Positions 13,215 to 25,300 of a stretch of 64,000 nt of DNA are shown here, piece by piece. The notes under the pieces were generated by a model that was given only the letters and a program-made list of their open reading frames with translations, had not been told where the DNA came from and ran no database searches. Position 1 is the first letter of the stretch. Every line of letters starts with the position of its first letter. The stretch is from Azolla caroliniana. Taxonomy: Eukaryota > Plantae > Polypodiophyta. The stretch lies in the NCBI GenBank assembly GCA_043228905.1, contig JBHGNT010000001.1:19964001-20028000 (forward strand), given 5' to 3'. Both the position numbers and the translations under genes were made by a program.

Positions 13215-13317
13215 TCTCGTAAGTCTTACACATTCCCTTCCTCTTAGTACTAATCCTCATAATACTTTCCTTCTCTAGTACTAATTCTCTCTCTGTGTTT
13301 AGTACTATCCTGACTGT

Positions 13318-13329
13318 TTGAACCGTATT
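13318..13329 (+). promoter_or_regulatory. Putative self-priming PBS of J
   Basis: TTGAACCGTATT is 11/12 complementary to AATTCGGTTCAA at 2878-2889; no TGG-type tRNA PBS present. Confidence 0.65.
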
Positions 13330-13386
13330 TAGTCATCCTCTTATCCCTCCATCCCTTCATACTAATCTTCTTATCCTCCCTAGTAA

Positions 13387-14526
13387 ATGGAAACTATTAG
13401 CGCTCAAGAATACCAATCTGTTTTCTTGGAGTTCCAGTACTTAAAAGAGAAGTTTGTAGCACTAGAACAAGAAAAACATCGTCTGTTGGGGGATCTTCAA
13501 CAAATAGCTCTAGAAAAACAACAACATGGGGAGCTGACGTTACATGTGCAACAACTTGAAGAAACTATTGTATCATTACAACAACAAGGATCAAGCATGC
13601 AAGGGACTCACAAAGAACCCAAGATCAGTCTTCCTATGATATTTGATAGGACCCAATCACAGTTTAGAGGTTTTCTTAATTAGGTATGAGTAGTGATTCA
13701 AATGCATCCTTCTCGATATCCCACCAACGCATCACAAGTGGGACTAGTAGGCACGCTACTTAGTGGCACAACTTTGGCATGGTTTGCCCCCCTATTAGAA
13801 AAAAGCTCTCCCTTGTTAAATGATTTTGAAGAGCTTATTAGTGAGTTTAAAGCCTGTTTTGGAGATACCGACGATGTTAGAATGGCAATCAACAAAATCT
13901 AAAGATTGTGCCAAGGTGATCGGCTGGCCTCAGCTTATGCCGTGGATTTCCGTCTTCTCGCCACCGATATTCCCTAGGCTGACCAGGCATTAATGGAGCA
14001 ATTTTGTTATGGCCTATGTAATGATGTCAAGGATTTACTCTTGACTTTCCCCGAAGAGCCAAAGTCATTGACATAATCAATCATTCGTATGGTGCGATGC
14101 AATAACCACCTTTTCGAACGACGTTCGGAACGTTAGTCCTAGATGCCAAGGACAAGATCAGAGCCCACCTATGCCTCAATTGTAGCAAAACCTTTTCCAT
14201 GTGAGTCATATAATGCGTCTCCAGCAGATACTCCAACTCCGATGGAAATCGACACCACACATTGTCGCGGACCATTATCGGAAGAGGAAAAGCAGCGATG
14301 CCAAGCAAATCGGCTATGTATTTATTGTGGTGAACCGGGGCATATTGCAGTGAACTGTCCCCATAGGCCAAGAAGAAAGGTAAACCAAATAGTCGCTAGT
14401 ACTAATTGTACTAAACCCGAGTCTATTTCAGTAGGAATATCTGATAGTCCTAATAGTACTAATAGCCCAAGTCTATCGAACAAATTTGATGTCCTTAGTC
14501 AGTTAGAAGAAGAGTTAAACGACTAA
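13387..14526 (+). pseudogene. J gag (PEG10/RTL1-like capsid plus CCHC knuckle), several stops
   Basis: EPKISLP..FD, LLSGTTLAWF, PTPMEID, LCIYCGEPGHIAVNC. Confidence 0.88.
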
Positions 14527-14566
14527 GTCCAGCCAAAATAGGAGACGTTTGGTTGGACAACCCTAG
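14514..14566 (+). promoter_or_regulatory. -1 programmed ribosomal frameshift signal, J gag to pol
   Basis: G TTA AAC heptamer in the gag frame, 6-nt spacer, 11-bp stem 14527-14537/14548-14558; -1 frame open into the protease ORF. Confidence 0.8.
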
Positions 14567-15053
14567 ATCTGTGCAGCCCATTAGTGGTTCCATTCCCTAT
14601 AAGCAAGTTAGCAATGTGTTCTTAGCCCAAGTAACAGTTAGTACTAAAAGTACCCCTCCAACACATATCTTAGCACTCTTGGATTCCATAGCTAACTCTT
14701 GCTTCATGGATAGGAATTTTGCACAAGCTCATCAGATATCCCTAAGAAAACTTCCCTACCCAGCATCTGTTGTAGTCATTGATGGTCATGCCATTGCTTC
14801 TGGATATATCATAGAAGAATCAGAGCCAATTAGTATTGTCTTAGATAATTTTGCATGTGTAGTATCATTTAATATAATTAGTAGCCCAAAACATCCCAGT
14901 GTTTTGGGGTTACCATGGTTCGAATTACACAATCTAGACATAAATTGGAGAACAAGAGAAATCAGGTATTGACAACCTCAAGAATCTACTCATAAGGTTT
15001 CAACCATTTCGCTACATCAACTGTGAAAGGAAGGACACACAGAATCAATGTTT
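14520..15053 (+). pseudogene. J aspartic protease
   Basis: ALLDSIANSCFMD, VVVIDG, VLGLPWF..HN..INW. Confidence 0.85.
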
Positions 15054-15084
15054 TGTTAGGAAATAGGTCCCTCCGGATGGTGAA

Positions 15085-15375
15085 GACCCGGTGAGAACCA
15101 GATGAAGAGTACCCGACTACGAAGAGCCGGATGGTATAGACCCGGTGAGAACTGGACGAAGAGTACCCGGCTACAGAGAGCCGGACGGTGCAGACCCGGT
15201 GAGAACCGGATGAAGAATACCCGGCTACGGAGAGTCGGATGGTGCAGACCCGGTGAGAACCGAATGAAGAGTACCCGGCTACAGAGAACCGGATGATGAA
15301 GACCCGGTGAGAACCGGATGACGAGTACCCGGCAAGCGTCGGATGATGCAGGCTCGGTGAAGAGTGCTCACCGGA
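15085..15375 (+). repeat. 54-bp CCGG-rich tandem array in A2 5' LTR U3
   Basis: Unit GACCCGGTGAGAACCGGATGAAGAGTACCCGGCTACGGAGAGCCGGATGGTGCA, about 4 full copies plus partial ones. Confidence 0.9.
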
Positions 15376-15821
15376 TGAAGGGACATATTCGTAAATATGT
15401 TTCTGAGAGTCCATCAGGGCTATATTTGTAAATAGCTGAAAAGTCATTTTAGTATAAATATGACTTAGGGAAAACTGTTGTTGATGTCTGTGATGTTGTT
15501 GTTATTGTTGGTGCAAGATTAGAGCGCGCAATTGTGTACAAAGAGAGTGTGAGAGAGGAAGACGTCGTTGCCTCTGTTGTAACCGCTGCCTGTGGCGAAG
15601 ATAGAAAGCTCGAGGTCGTTGCCTCGGTGCTTTACCATTTTGTGCATTCTGGCATAGTGATAGTTTGCAGTCTGTGGGCTGCCGTGGTTTTTCCCGTATT
15701 TGGGTTTTCCACGTAAACATCCTGTGTACTCTTCTCCTCACTGTGTTGTACCTTCTTTCCTCGTTTTTCCTGTGTTTTATGATTCTAAGCTCGGTTGTGG
15801 CTGAGCGTTGTTCATCGGGAG

Positions 15822-18800
15822 CGGTTCAGTTTGGGGGACAAGAGACCGGACAAAATCGACGCCACGATATGGGAGGTGATACACATGAAGACAACGACGT
15901 ACATACGGTGCTTCATCGACATGAGCCTATACAACAACTTCAATGAAGAGAGCAAGGCTCATGAGCTCTGGGAGAAGATCGGCATTATGTTTCAGAACAA
16001 AAATGTTGTTAATCAGGTTTCGGTATTCCGGAAGCTACTAAGTCTCCGGTACCAAGATGGCTCTAGCATGGCGGAGCACATGAATGCCTTCCAGGAGCTG
16101 ATCCACCAGGCAACATCATTGGAAGTACCTCTCGCAGATGAGGTACTAGCGCTACTCCTGCTCGGTTCCCTCCCGGATAGCTAGGAGACATTGGTTGTCA
16201 CCTTGGGCAACGCTGGGCCGGAAGGGAAACGGTTATCCCTAGCAAGAGTAAAGTCGAGCTTGCTAGATGAGGAGGCGCATCGGAAAAATAAGGATATGAG
16301 CTCCGACTCCAAAGCGCTCCTTACCGAATCGGAACGCGGAAGACAAAAGAACCGTAGTCCCCAGAACTGGGAGAAGTCGGGGACACGGTCAAAGTCAAGG
16401 GGGAGGCCTACTTGCTTCTATTGCGGCAAGCCAGGACTCTTCCAGAAGAACTGTCGGCATTTCCGGAAAGACAAGGAAACCGACGGTACCGATTCGAAGC
16501 GGACACCGGACCGGAACGGTAAAGATCGGAGGGGGCCGGACCGGAAGGGAACGACGGCAATCGCGGCAAGTGAAGAAGAGTTGATGCTCATCACCGAGGA
16601 GAGTGAGATAAACCTTGCCGGCGACGAGATGACCTGGGTGGTCGACTCCGGAGAGTCATTCCACCTTACCCCGGACCGGAAATGCTTCTCATCCTACTCA
16701 GCCGGTGATCTCGGCTGTGTCCGGATGGGGAATGAAGGTACATGCCGAATTATCGGCATAGGAGACGTGTGGCTAACAACACCAACCGGATGCAAGATGC
16801 TGTTGAAGGATGTCTGACACGTTCCGGAGGATCGTCTGAACCTGATATCCGCGGGTCGGCTAGATGATGAAGCCTACAAGGGTAGCATCCGGAACGGTGT
16901 TATAAAGTTCAGCAAAGGGAGCCAGATTGTGGCTCGGGCCTGGAAGGTAAACACACTATACTTGATGAATGCCCGGTTATGTCCGGAGGAAGTGAACATG
17001 GCATCCGACACTGCCAGTGAGCTGTGGCACAAGAGGATATGTCACATGAGCGAGAAGGCGATGAAGAGGCTTGCAAACGACAACCTCATTCCAGTGAAGA
17101 ACGTGCACTTGGAGAAGTCCACTGATTGTTTGGCCGGAAAGCAAAACCGGACCTCCTTCCGACCAAGACCACCGATGAGACGTAATGCACCACTGGAGTT
17201 GGTGCATACTGATGTGTGTCAAGTGGACACGAAATCACATGCAGGATCGCAGTACTTCGTGACGTTCATAGATGACCATAGCCGGGAGTTGTGGGCCACA
17301 CCGTTGAAGACGAAGGATCAGGTGTTATCCGTCTTCAAAGAGCTCCACGCGAGAGTGGAAAGAGAAACCGGCTGGAAGCTGAAGGCGGTTCGAGTAGATA
17401 ATGGAGGTGAATACCGGGGGCAGTTCAAGGAGTATTGTTGCTTGAAGGGAATATGGCTCGAATTTACCGTGCCGAAGACGCCGGAACTAAACGGGCTGGC
17501 CAAGAGGATCAACCGGACCATAATGGAGAGGGTCCAGAGTATGCTGGCGCATGCAAAACTACCCAAGAAGTTTTAGGCTAAGGCATTGTCGACGGCGACA
17601 TATGTGATAAACAGATCACCCTCAGTACCCTTGGACGGAGACACGCCACAGAGAGTATGGACCGGTAAGGAAGTATCCTACCGGCATCTGAAGGTATTCG
17701 GGTGTCTCGCGTACGTGCATGTAGCTAAGGACCAGAGAGGAAAGTTGGATCCAAAGACCCGGCCATGCATATTCCTCGGTTACGGCGACGATGAGTTCGG
17801 CTACCAAGTGTGGGACCTCGTCGACAAGAAGGTATTCCGGAGTCGAGATATTATCTTCATGGAGGACAAGATGCTCGCCAATTGGGAGTCGGAGAAGAAG
17901 ATAATGAACTCCAAGTCGAGAGGTAAGGATCGATTCCATGATGAGCAGACCCAACCGGCAAGAGACCGGTTAGCACTCGAGGAACCACCCGGTTACGGTG
18001 AGGATACCGAACCAGTAGAAGAAGAAGTAGAGGAAGCTGAAACCGGAACCGGCCAAGACCCCGAATCGGATTCGGATGAAGAGCAAATGGAGGAGCCGGT
18101 TACCGAAGCCCAGAGACGGAGATATCCTCTCAGAGAGAAAAGGGCCCCCCAGAGATTTCCGGATGCAAAGCATGTGCTGCTAACCATTGAGGGTGAGCCA
18201 GAAAGCTTCGAAGAAGCGAAGGATAACACCCACAGCCGAAAATGGTTAAATGCCATGAAGGATGAGATGGATTCCCTGCATGAGAACCATACGTACGAAT
18301 TGGTGGAGTTGCCGAAAGGAAAGCGGACACTCCGAAACAAGTGGGTGTACAAGTTGAAACCGGGAGATGCCGGCAACCCCCCGAGATACAAAGCCAGGAT
18401 CGTGGTGAAGGGGTTCCAGCAGAAGAAGGGTGTGGACTTCGACAAGATATTTACCCCGGTAGTAAAGATGACCTCAATCCGGACAGTGCTGAGTATAGCG
18501 GCAAGCATGGACCTCGAGGTAGAGCAGCTAGACGTGAAGACGACATTCCTTCACGGTGACCTCAAAGAGGAGATCTACATACAGCAACCGGAAGGATTCG
18601 TGGAGAAAGGGAAGGAGCACCTGGTTTGCCGGTTGAAGAAGAGACTCTACGGGTTTAACTAGGCCCCCCGGCAATGGTACCGGAAGTTCGACTCCTTCAT
18701 AACAGATCAAGGGTACCACAAGACGTAGGCCGATCACTGCGTGTTTGTGAAGAAGTTCGAAGGAGGCGACTTCCTGATACTTCATCTGTACGTGGACGAC

Positions 18801-19765
18801 ATGCTGATCGTCGGACGGGACCAAGCCAAAATACGGATGCTGAAGAAGGCTCTCAACCGGACCTTCTCAATGAAAGACTTGGGTCCGGCAAGATAGATGT
18901 TGGGGATGCATATCATCCGGAACCGGCCTAAGAAGCAACTGTGGCTGTCACAGGAGAAGTACGTGACAAAGGTGCTTCAGTGGTTCAACATGTCAGATGC
19001 GAAACCGGTCGGATCGACACTTCCGGCAAACTGCAGGTTATCCGGTAAGCAAAGCCCGAAGACGAAAGTAGAGAAGGCGGATATGATAAAGGTTCCATAT
19101 GCCTCTACTGTCGGGAGCTTAATGTACGCAATGGTGTGTACTCGACCAGATATTGGATACGCAGTTGGAGTGGTGAGCCGGTTTATGAGCAATCCCAGCA
19201 AGGAGCACTGGAGCGCGGTCAAATGGATACTCCGGCACGTGAAGGGCACTTCGAACATGTGTCTTCGATTCGGCTCCGGTAAACCTCAACTTGACGGTTT
19301 TACCGATTCAGACATGTCGGCTTATGTGGATACTAGCCGGTCTACATCCGGGTATATAATGACATATGCAGGGGGAGCTGTTTCGTGGCAGTCGAGGCTG
19401 CAGAAGACAGTTGCGATGTCAACCACGAAAGCGGAGTACATGGCGGCTGTGGAAGCCGGCAAGGAAATATTATGGATGAAGGACTTCATCGGAGAGCTCG
19501 GTATCCGGCAAGATGAATATCGACTCTACTGCGACAGTCAAAGTGCCATCCACCTAGCTAAGAATGCGGCCTACCATTCCCGAACAAAGCATATCTAGCG
19601 AAGGTATCATTGGATCCGGGAAAGAGTAGATGACCAGGAGTTCGCGCTGACGAAGATCCACACGGCCGAGAATGAGTCAGATATGCTGACCAAAGTACTG
19701 ACACCTGACAAGCTGGATGCATGTCGGAAGCGGGTCGGACTAGTAAGACATCCCATGCCAGAGTG
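15822..19765 (+). pseudogene. A2 gag-pol with many in-frame stops
   Basis: LLLGSLPDS, CFYCGKPG, WVVDSGESFH, LELVHTDVC, VRVDNGGEY, LDVKTTFLHG, YCDSQSAIHLAKN. Confidence 0.93.
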
Positions 19766-19776
19766 AAGGGGGAGTT

Positions 19777-20599
19777 TGTTAGGAAATAGGTCCCTCCGGA
19801 TGGTGAAGACCCGATGAGAACTGGATGAAGAGTACCATGCTACGGAGAGCCGAATGGTGCAGACCCGGTGAGAACCGGACGAAGAGTACCCGGCTACGGA
19901 GAGCCAGATGGTGCAGACCCGGAGAGAACTGGATGAAGAGTACTCGGCTACTGAGAGCCGGATGGTGCAGACCCGATGAGAACCGGATGAAGAGTACCCG
20001 GCTACAGAGAACCGGATGATGAAGACCCGGTTAGAACCGGATGAGGAGTACCCGGCTACGGATGGCCTGGTGAGAATCGGATGACGAGTACCCGGCAAGT
20101 GCTGGATGATGCAGGCCCGGTGAAGAGTGCTCACCGGATGAAGGGACATATTCGTAAATATGTTTTTGAGAGTCCATTGGGGCTATATTTGTAAATAGCC
20201 GAAAAGTCATTTTAGTATAAATATGACTTAGGGAAAACTGTTGTTGATGTCTGTGATGTTGTTGTTATTTTTGGCGCAAGATTAGAGCGTGCAACTGTGT
20301 ACAGAGAGAGTGAGAGAGAGGAAGAGGTCGTTGCCTCTATTGTAACCGCCGCCTGTGGCAAAGATAGAAAGCTCGAGGTCGTTGCCTCGGTGCTTTACTA
20401 TTTTGTGCATTCTGACACAGTGATAGTTTGCAGTCTGTGGGCTGCCGTGGTTTTTCCCGTATTTGGGTTTTCCACATAAACATCCTGTGTACTCTTCTCC
20501 TCACTGTGTCGTACCTTCTTTCCCCGTTTTTCCTGTGTTTTATGATTCTAAACTCGGTTGTGGCCGAGCATTGTTCATCGGGAGTGTGTGTTCCTGTCA
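19777..20599 (+). repeat. A2 3' LTR including the tandem array (~19808-20140)
   Basis: Matches 15054-15821, ends CCTGTCA followed by the TSD. Confidence 0.95.
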
Positions 20600-20604
20600 T
20601 GTTT

Positions 20605-20865
20605 GTATTCGCAGTATCAGTGAAACCTTCCAACACTGCTAAGGAGGAGTCAACAATTCAACTTCCAAAAAAGTATCATCATTATGTCGACGTTTTTGAT
20701 AAGGTAAAAGCTAGTACTCTTCCTCATTATCGACCGTATGATTGTCCCATTGATTCTCATGTAGTATTAGTACTAAGACGACTACCAGAACATGGTCTTT
20801 CTGCAAAGCTGGACAAGTGTAGTTTTGACTGTAGCTAGGTGGAATTTCTCGGCTATGTCATTAAA
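20605..20865 (+). pseudogene. J pol remnant (two RT fragments)
   Basis: LPKKYHHYVDVFD...LPHYRPYDCPID fused to HV.LVLRRL.EHGL.AKLDKCSF...VEFLGYVI; RNase H and integrase absent. Confidence 0.82.
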
Positions 20866-20875
20866 GGGATTTGAA

Positions 20876-21150
20876 CCCATAACCTAGTGTCACATGGGTT
20901 TAAGCCTTACCGTTAAGCTATATATTGTAATACAAAGAATATTGTTTTCATTTATTATTTCACTATAGAAAATTGATGTATATTGCAAATTTCTCTGGAA
21001 TATTCTAGAAACTTTAGGATACTCCTAATAGCACTATAAAAAGAGGCACAAGGCATTATTTCGAACCAATTCGGTTCAATGCTAGTCTTAAACCTCCTAG
21101 TTATTCTTGTACTTATTCTTCATATAATATATATCATGTTATCATCACTC

Positions 21151-21203
<53 letters not shown>

Positions 21204-21298
21204 AGTCTTACACACTCCCTTCCTCTTAGTACTAATCCTCATAATACTTTCCTTCTCTAGTATTAATTCTCTTTGTGTTTTTAGTACTATTCGTGACA
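20876..21298 (+). repeat. J 3' LTR, 5'-truncated, containing (CT)n at ~21147-21200
   Basis: Matches 2687-2976 joined to 13215-13314. Confidence 0.9.
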
Positions 21299-21851
21299 AC
21301 ACCTCCACCTGCAGATCCTTGAGTAGCCTCTTGGGCCGAATGGCTTCACATGTCGTGATAGCCGCTCCTCGATACTTAGCCTTCGCGCTCGACAACACAA
21401 TTGTTGGCTGCTTCTTGCAACTCCAGGCAATCGCGGCGCTCCCAAGCGAGAAAGGGAACCCATATGTGGATCTACGATCGTCGGCGTTTCCGACCCAATT
21501 GGAATTTGAGTAGTCGATGAGTTGTTAGGCAATACTCGTCTGATATTGCAGCGCCCTATCCTTAGTGCAGCGGACATAGCGCAATATTCTTTGTGCGCAC
21601 TGAAGGTGTTCGCCCATGGGCTGCGACATAAATTCACTGATCAGGCCGACCAGGTAACTGAGATCCGGCCGAGTGATTGTCAAACAAATTAGGCTTCCGA
21701 CAATCTATCGGAACCGTGTCGGGTCGCATGCCTTTCTTGAATCTCAACGAAGCTTGAAGTTCTGTCCAGAGGAGTTGAGATGGACTTACAGTCAGCCATC
21801 TCGAACTTGAAGAGCATACTCAGCACGTAATGTTGTTGGTTGATTAGTAAG
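21299..21851 (-). pseudogene. K RT/RNase H segment
   Basis: Minus-strand homology to 8320-8870. Confidence 0.88.
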
Positions 21852-22347
21852 TGTTGAGATACAAGCTCAACATTGGCCGGTTCGGTTGTGCAAGCCGAGA
21901 ACCGGATCGGTTGGGACCGATCGGTTAGGCCGGACCAGTGCGTAACGAGAGGCCGTATTGGTGCGTAAACCGAAAGCCGTTAGAGAGATATTCCTCATAA
22001 GGAATAATTTTGGGAGTGAGTGTCGAGGCTCATTTATGAGCAGTCAAGTACTGTCAGTACTTGTGTCAGCCCGATTGTCAGGGCTTGTATAAAAGGTGCT
22101 CATTGAGCACGGTGTACAAATAGAGAGTATTATTTTGAATTTAGTTGTTTAGTGTGCTCTCTCTATGTCTCTCCCGCGTACTGTGTATACTCAAGCTCTC
22201 CATTAAACCTGCGTATTTTCTTTGTGTTTGGCTTTCTATTGCTTCCGCACATAATCTTTTTCATGGTATCAGAGCGTGAGGGTTGAGAACCTCTACGGCC
22301 GACATAGCTTGAAAAGAAAAACAAACCAAGAAGAACAGGTAAAACCG

Positions 22348-25300
22348 ATGGATAGAGGCATGGCTAGCTCGCCTCCGACGGAGAAGCTCGACAAAAACAA
22401 CTACGCATCTTGGTCCTACAAGATGCACCAGTACCTGCTTAGGCACAGTTACTAGAGCTATGTCGACAGAGCAAATGACACAGCACACGAATCTACACAC
22501 AAAGATTTCCTGACGTGGGAACAGTCGACGAACAGAGTACTGTACTGCTTCGCATCTTCTGTGGGCGAGCAACTCCTAAGCTACATTCGGGATGCGAAAA
22601 TGCCAAAGGATGCTTGGGGAAATCTGGAGAAGATTTTCGCCGCAAGCACTACAACCAGGAAGCTTCAACTCCGACAGGAGCTGAGCAACCTACGACAACA
22701 CGACTTGTCGGTGGCCGATTACACCTCGAAGATCAAAGATATATGTGACTCTTTAGCCTCCATCGATGTGAACGTCGAGGAAGGCGAGATAGTGCAGATC
22801 TATCTTGGGGGATTGGCGTCGAAGTTAGGAGCGTTCCGAACTACTGTGTGTACACGGGAGAATACGCCGTCATTTTTCGACTTACAATCGATGCTCCTTA
22901 TAGAGTAGAACCATGCGGGTGCGTCGATGAGCACGCATGCCGATAGCAAGATGTTGTACATAGAGGGAGATAGGCCCCGTGGTTGTGGCGGACGAGGCAA
23001 GTCGGTGTGCAATGGAGGCGGCCGACAGGATAAAGGAAGAAGGCACCGAAGTGATGCCGACAGCAATTCTGGACCCTCCGGAAACAGGGGGAGTCGAGGC
23101 GACGAGAATCGGCAAGGGAAATCCGCCACAGAATGCTGGTACTGTGGCAAGAAAGGCCACAAGGAGAGCGAGTGCTGGAAAAAGCGAGCCGATTCGGAGA
23201 GAAACAGGTCAGAAACAGGTTCCGGACAGACCGACAAAGGAAATCGGCAACGATCGCACTATGCCGAAGGATCCGGAAAAGCCGGAAAAGGATCAGCCTT
23301 TGTGATGAGACACGAGGCAAACTCGATGAAGAAGATCACCCCGACATCGGATGAGGTGTGGTACGTCGACTCCAGCGCGTCAAACCACATGACGTGCCAC
23401 AAGGAGTGGTTCTTGTACTTGGAAAAACCGATGCAACCGGGAGTAGTCGCAACCGGAGACGACACTCTGCATCTGATCGCGAATGTCGGTGAAGTTCCCT
23501 TGAGCCATGTCGAGTAGAAAGGGAAACTTATGAACGTGTTACACGTCCCGACAATCACGAAGAATCTGGTATCAGTCGGGCAGATCATCAACCAGGGGAT
23601 GCAAGTCCGGTTCACGCATCTTGGGTGTTTCATCGAGGAAGAAGGCCGAGTTATTGCGCAAGGGCGTAGAGACAGGAGGATGTTTATCCTCGACTCTAGT
23701 AACGGTGGCACCGCAATGTTCACAAAAAGACAAAAAGTCGAGTCGGATATCGACTTATGGCACAAGCGGATAGGCCACATCAACTATCAACGGCTTCATG
23801 ACCTGCAATCGAAACAGGTGGTGTTCGGATTGCCCAAATTTAGTGGCTAGAAGGCACAAATTTGTGATGCCTGCCAGCTAGGGAAGCAACACCGACTTCC
23901 TTTTCCCAACGAGCGTACCTGGAGTCGGAACAAGCTCGACTTGATACATTCCGATGTATGGGGGCCGACACAAAACGTTAGTCTTAGAGGGAGTCGATAT
24001 TTCGTGTCCTTCATCGACGACTATACGCGACACACGTGGATCTACCTCATCGAGCAAAAGAGTGAAGTCTTCGATTGTTCTGGGACCTCAAAGGATTCGT
24101 GGAAACGGAAATAGGACGAAAGATCAAGTGCTTGCGGTCGGATGACAGTCAATTCAACGGCTATCTACAACACATGGGAATTCGGCGCGAATTCTGTTGT
24201 AGATACACGCCGGAGCAAAACGGTATGGCCGAGAGGAGGAACCGATCAATTGTAGAAGCGGCACGGGCAATGCTAGAGGAAATGAGCTTGCCCAAGTTCT
24301 ATTGGGCCGAAGTGGTACGAACCGTGGTATACATCCAGAATCGGATTGGAGAAAAAGTGTCAGCGCATGAGCTGTATTTCGAAAGAAAGCCGAATTTGCG
24401 ACACTTGAGAGTTTTCGATAGCATTGCGTATGTGCATGTGCCGAAAGAGAAATGGAGGAAGTTGGACGCGAAAGCCGAGAAATGTATCTTGGTCGGCTAT
24501 GCATCCTGGTACTTGCCTCCGACTCCGGACCTCATCTCCAATCCGAGTTCTAATGATGAGGTCAGTGAGGCCGAGATGCCTCCGGATGAGCCTGAAATCG
24601 GGACCCGCGAAGAGAGTCCAATTTTGTTTCTGTTAAGCGGACCGGATGGACGACTCAGTCGGTTCGACCAGTCCGATGAAGAGCCAGCGAGTAGTGGAGA
24701 CTCGGTCGTGCATTCCCCGCGTAGGCAGCCAAGGAGACAGCTTACGCGCAAGGAAAAAGGGAAGAAGAAGGTGTCGAATTACGACACGGATAGGAACGAG
24801 TCGGATCTACGCGAGTCCGACTCCGAGGGAAGTGATGACGGACCTTCGAGAGCGAAGTCATCATAGGCTAAGGAAACCTCAACATCGGCTAATGAGCAGT
24901 TGTGCCGATCTACCCGCCAGAAGAACCCTGTTGTGCGGTTCGGTTACAACGAGTACATGGCGCATCAACGAGTATATGACGCGTGTGTCGGAAGTGCGTG
25001 AGCCAGAGATTTACGCAGAAGCGGTGAGAGATGTGGACTGGCCTGCCGCGATGGAGGAAGAGATGCGCGCATTAGCAGAGAATGAAACCTCGGACCTAGT
25101 TGACACACCGAAAGGTGTGAAGCCAATCAGATGCAGGTGGGTTTACAAGGTCAAGTAGAACACTAACGGTATGTGCCAAGAACAGGTGTACATGGTACAG
25201 TCCCCTGGCTTTCACTCTGGAACGAACACTTCGGCGGTGTGCCGATTGAAGAAGTCCCTTTACGGCCTGAAGCAAGCCCTGCGTGCCTGGAACATGAAGA

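Larger units (their letters stand above)
15054..20599 (+). mobile_element. Ty1/copia element A2 (related to A), inserted in J pol; PBS region deleted
   Basis: LTRs 15054-~15821 and 19777-20599; TSD TGTTT (15049-15053 and 20600-20604); PPT ~19761-19774. Confidence 0.95.
2658..21298 (+). mobile_element. Ty3/gypsy element J (Tcn1/Tf1-sushi chromovirus-like), internally deleted
   Basis: Ends TGTCATGA (2658) and TCGTGACA (21298); LTR copies 2658-~2976 plus 13215-~13314 versus ~20876-21298; PEG10/RTL1-like gag, protease, RT remnant; degenerate TSD GCACT/ACACC; K sequence continues on both sides. Confidence 0.85.

Noticed and set aside
13387-14972. Domesticated PEG10/RTL1-like host gene
   Set aside because: Multiple stops, flanking LTRs and deleted pol show an ordinary decayed element
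15085-15375. CRISPR-like regular repeats (also ~19808-20140)
   Set aside because: Units are contiguous with no unique spacers, lie inside LTRs, and no cas genes are present; the 18-aa repeat ORFs only reflect the 54-bp period
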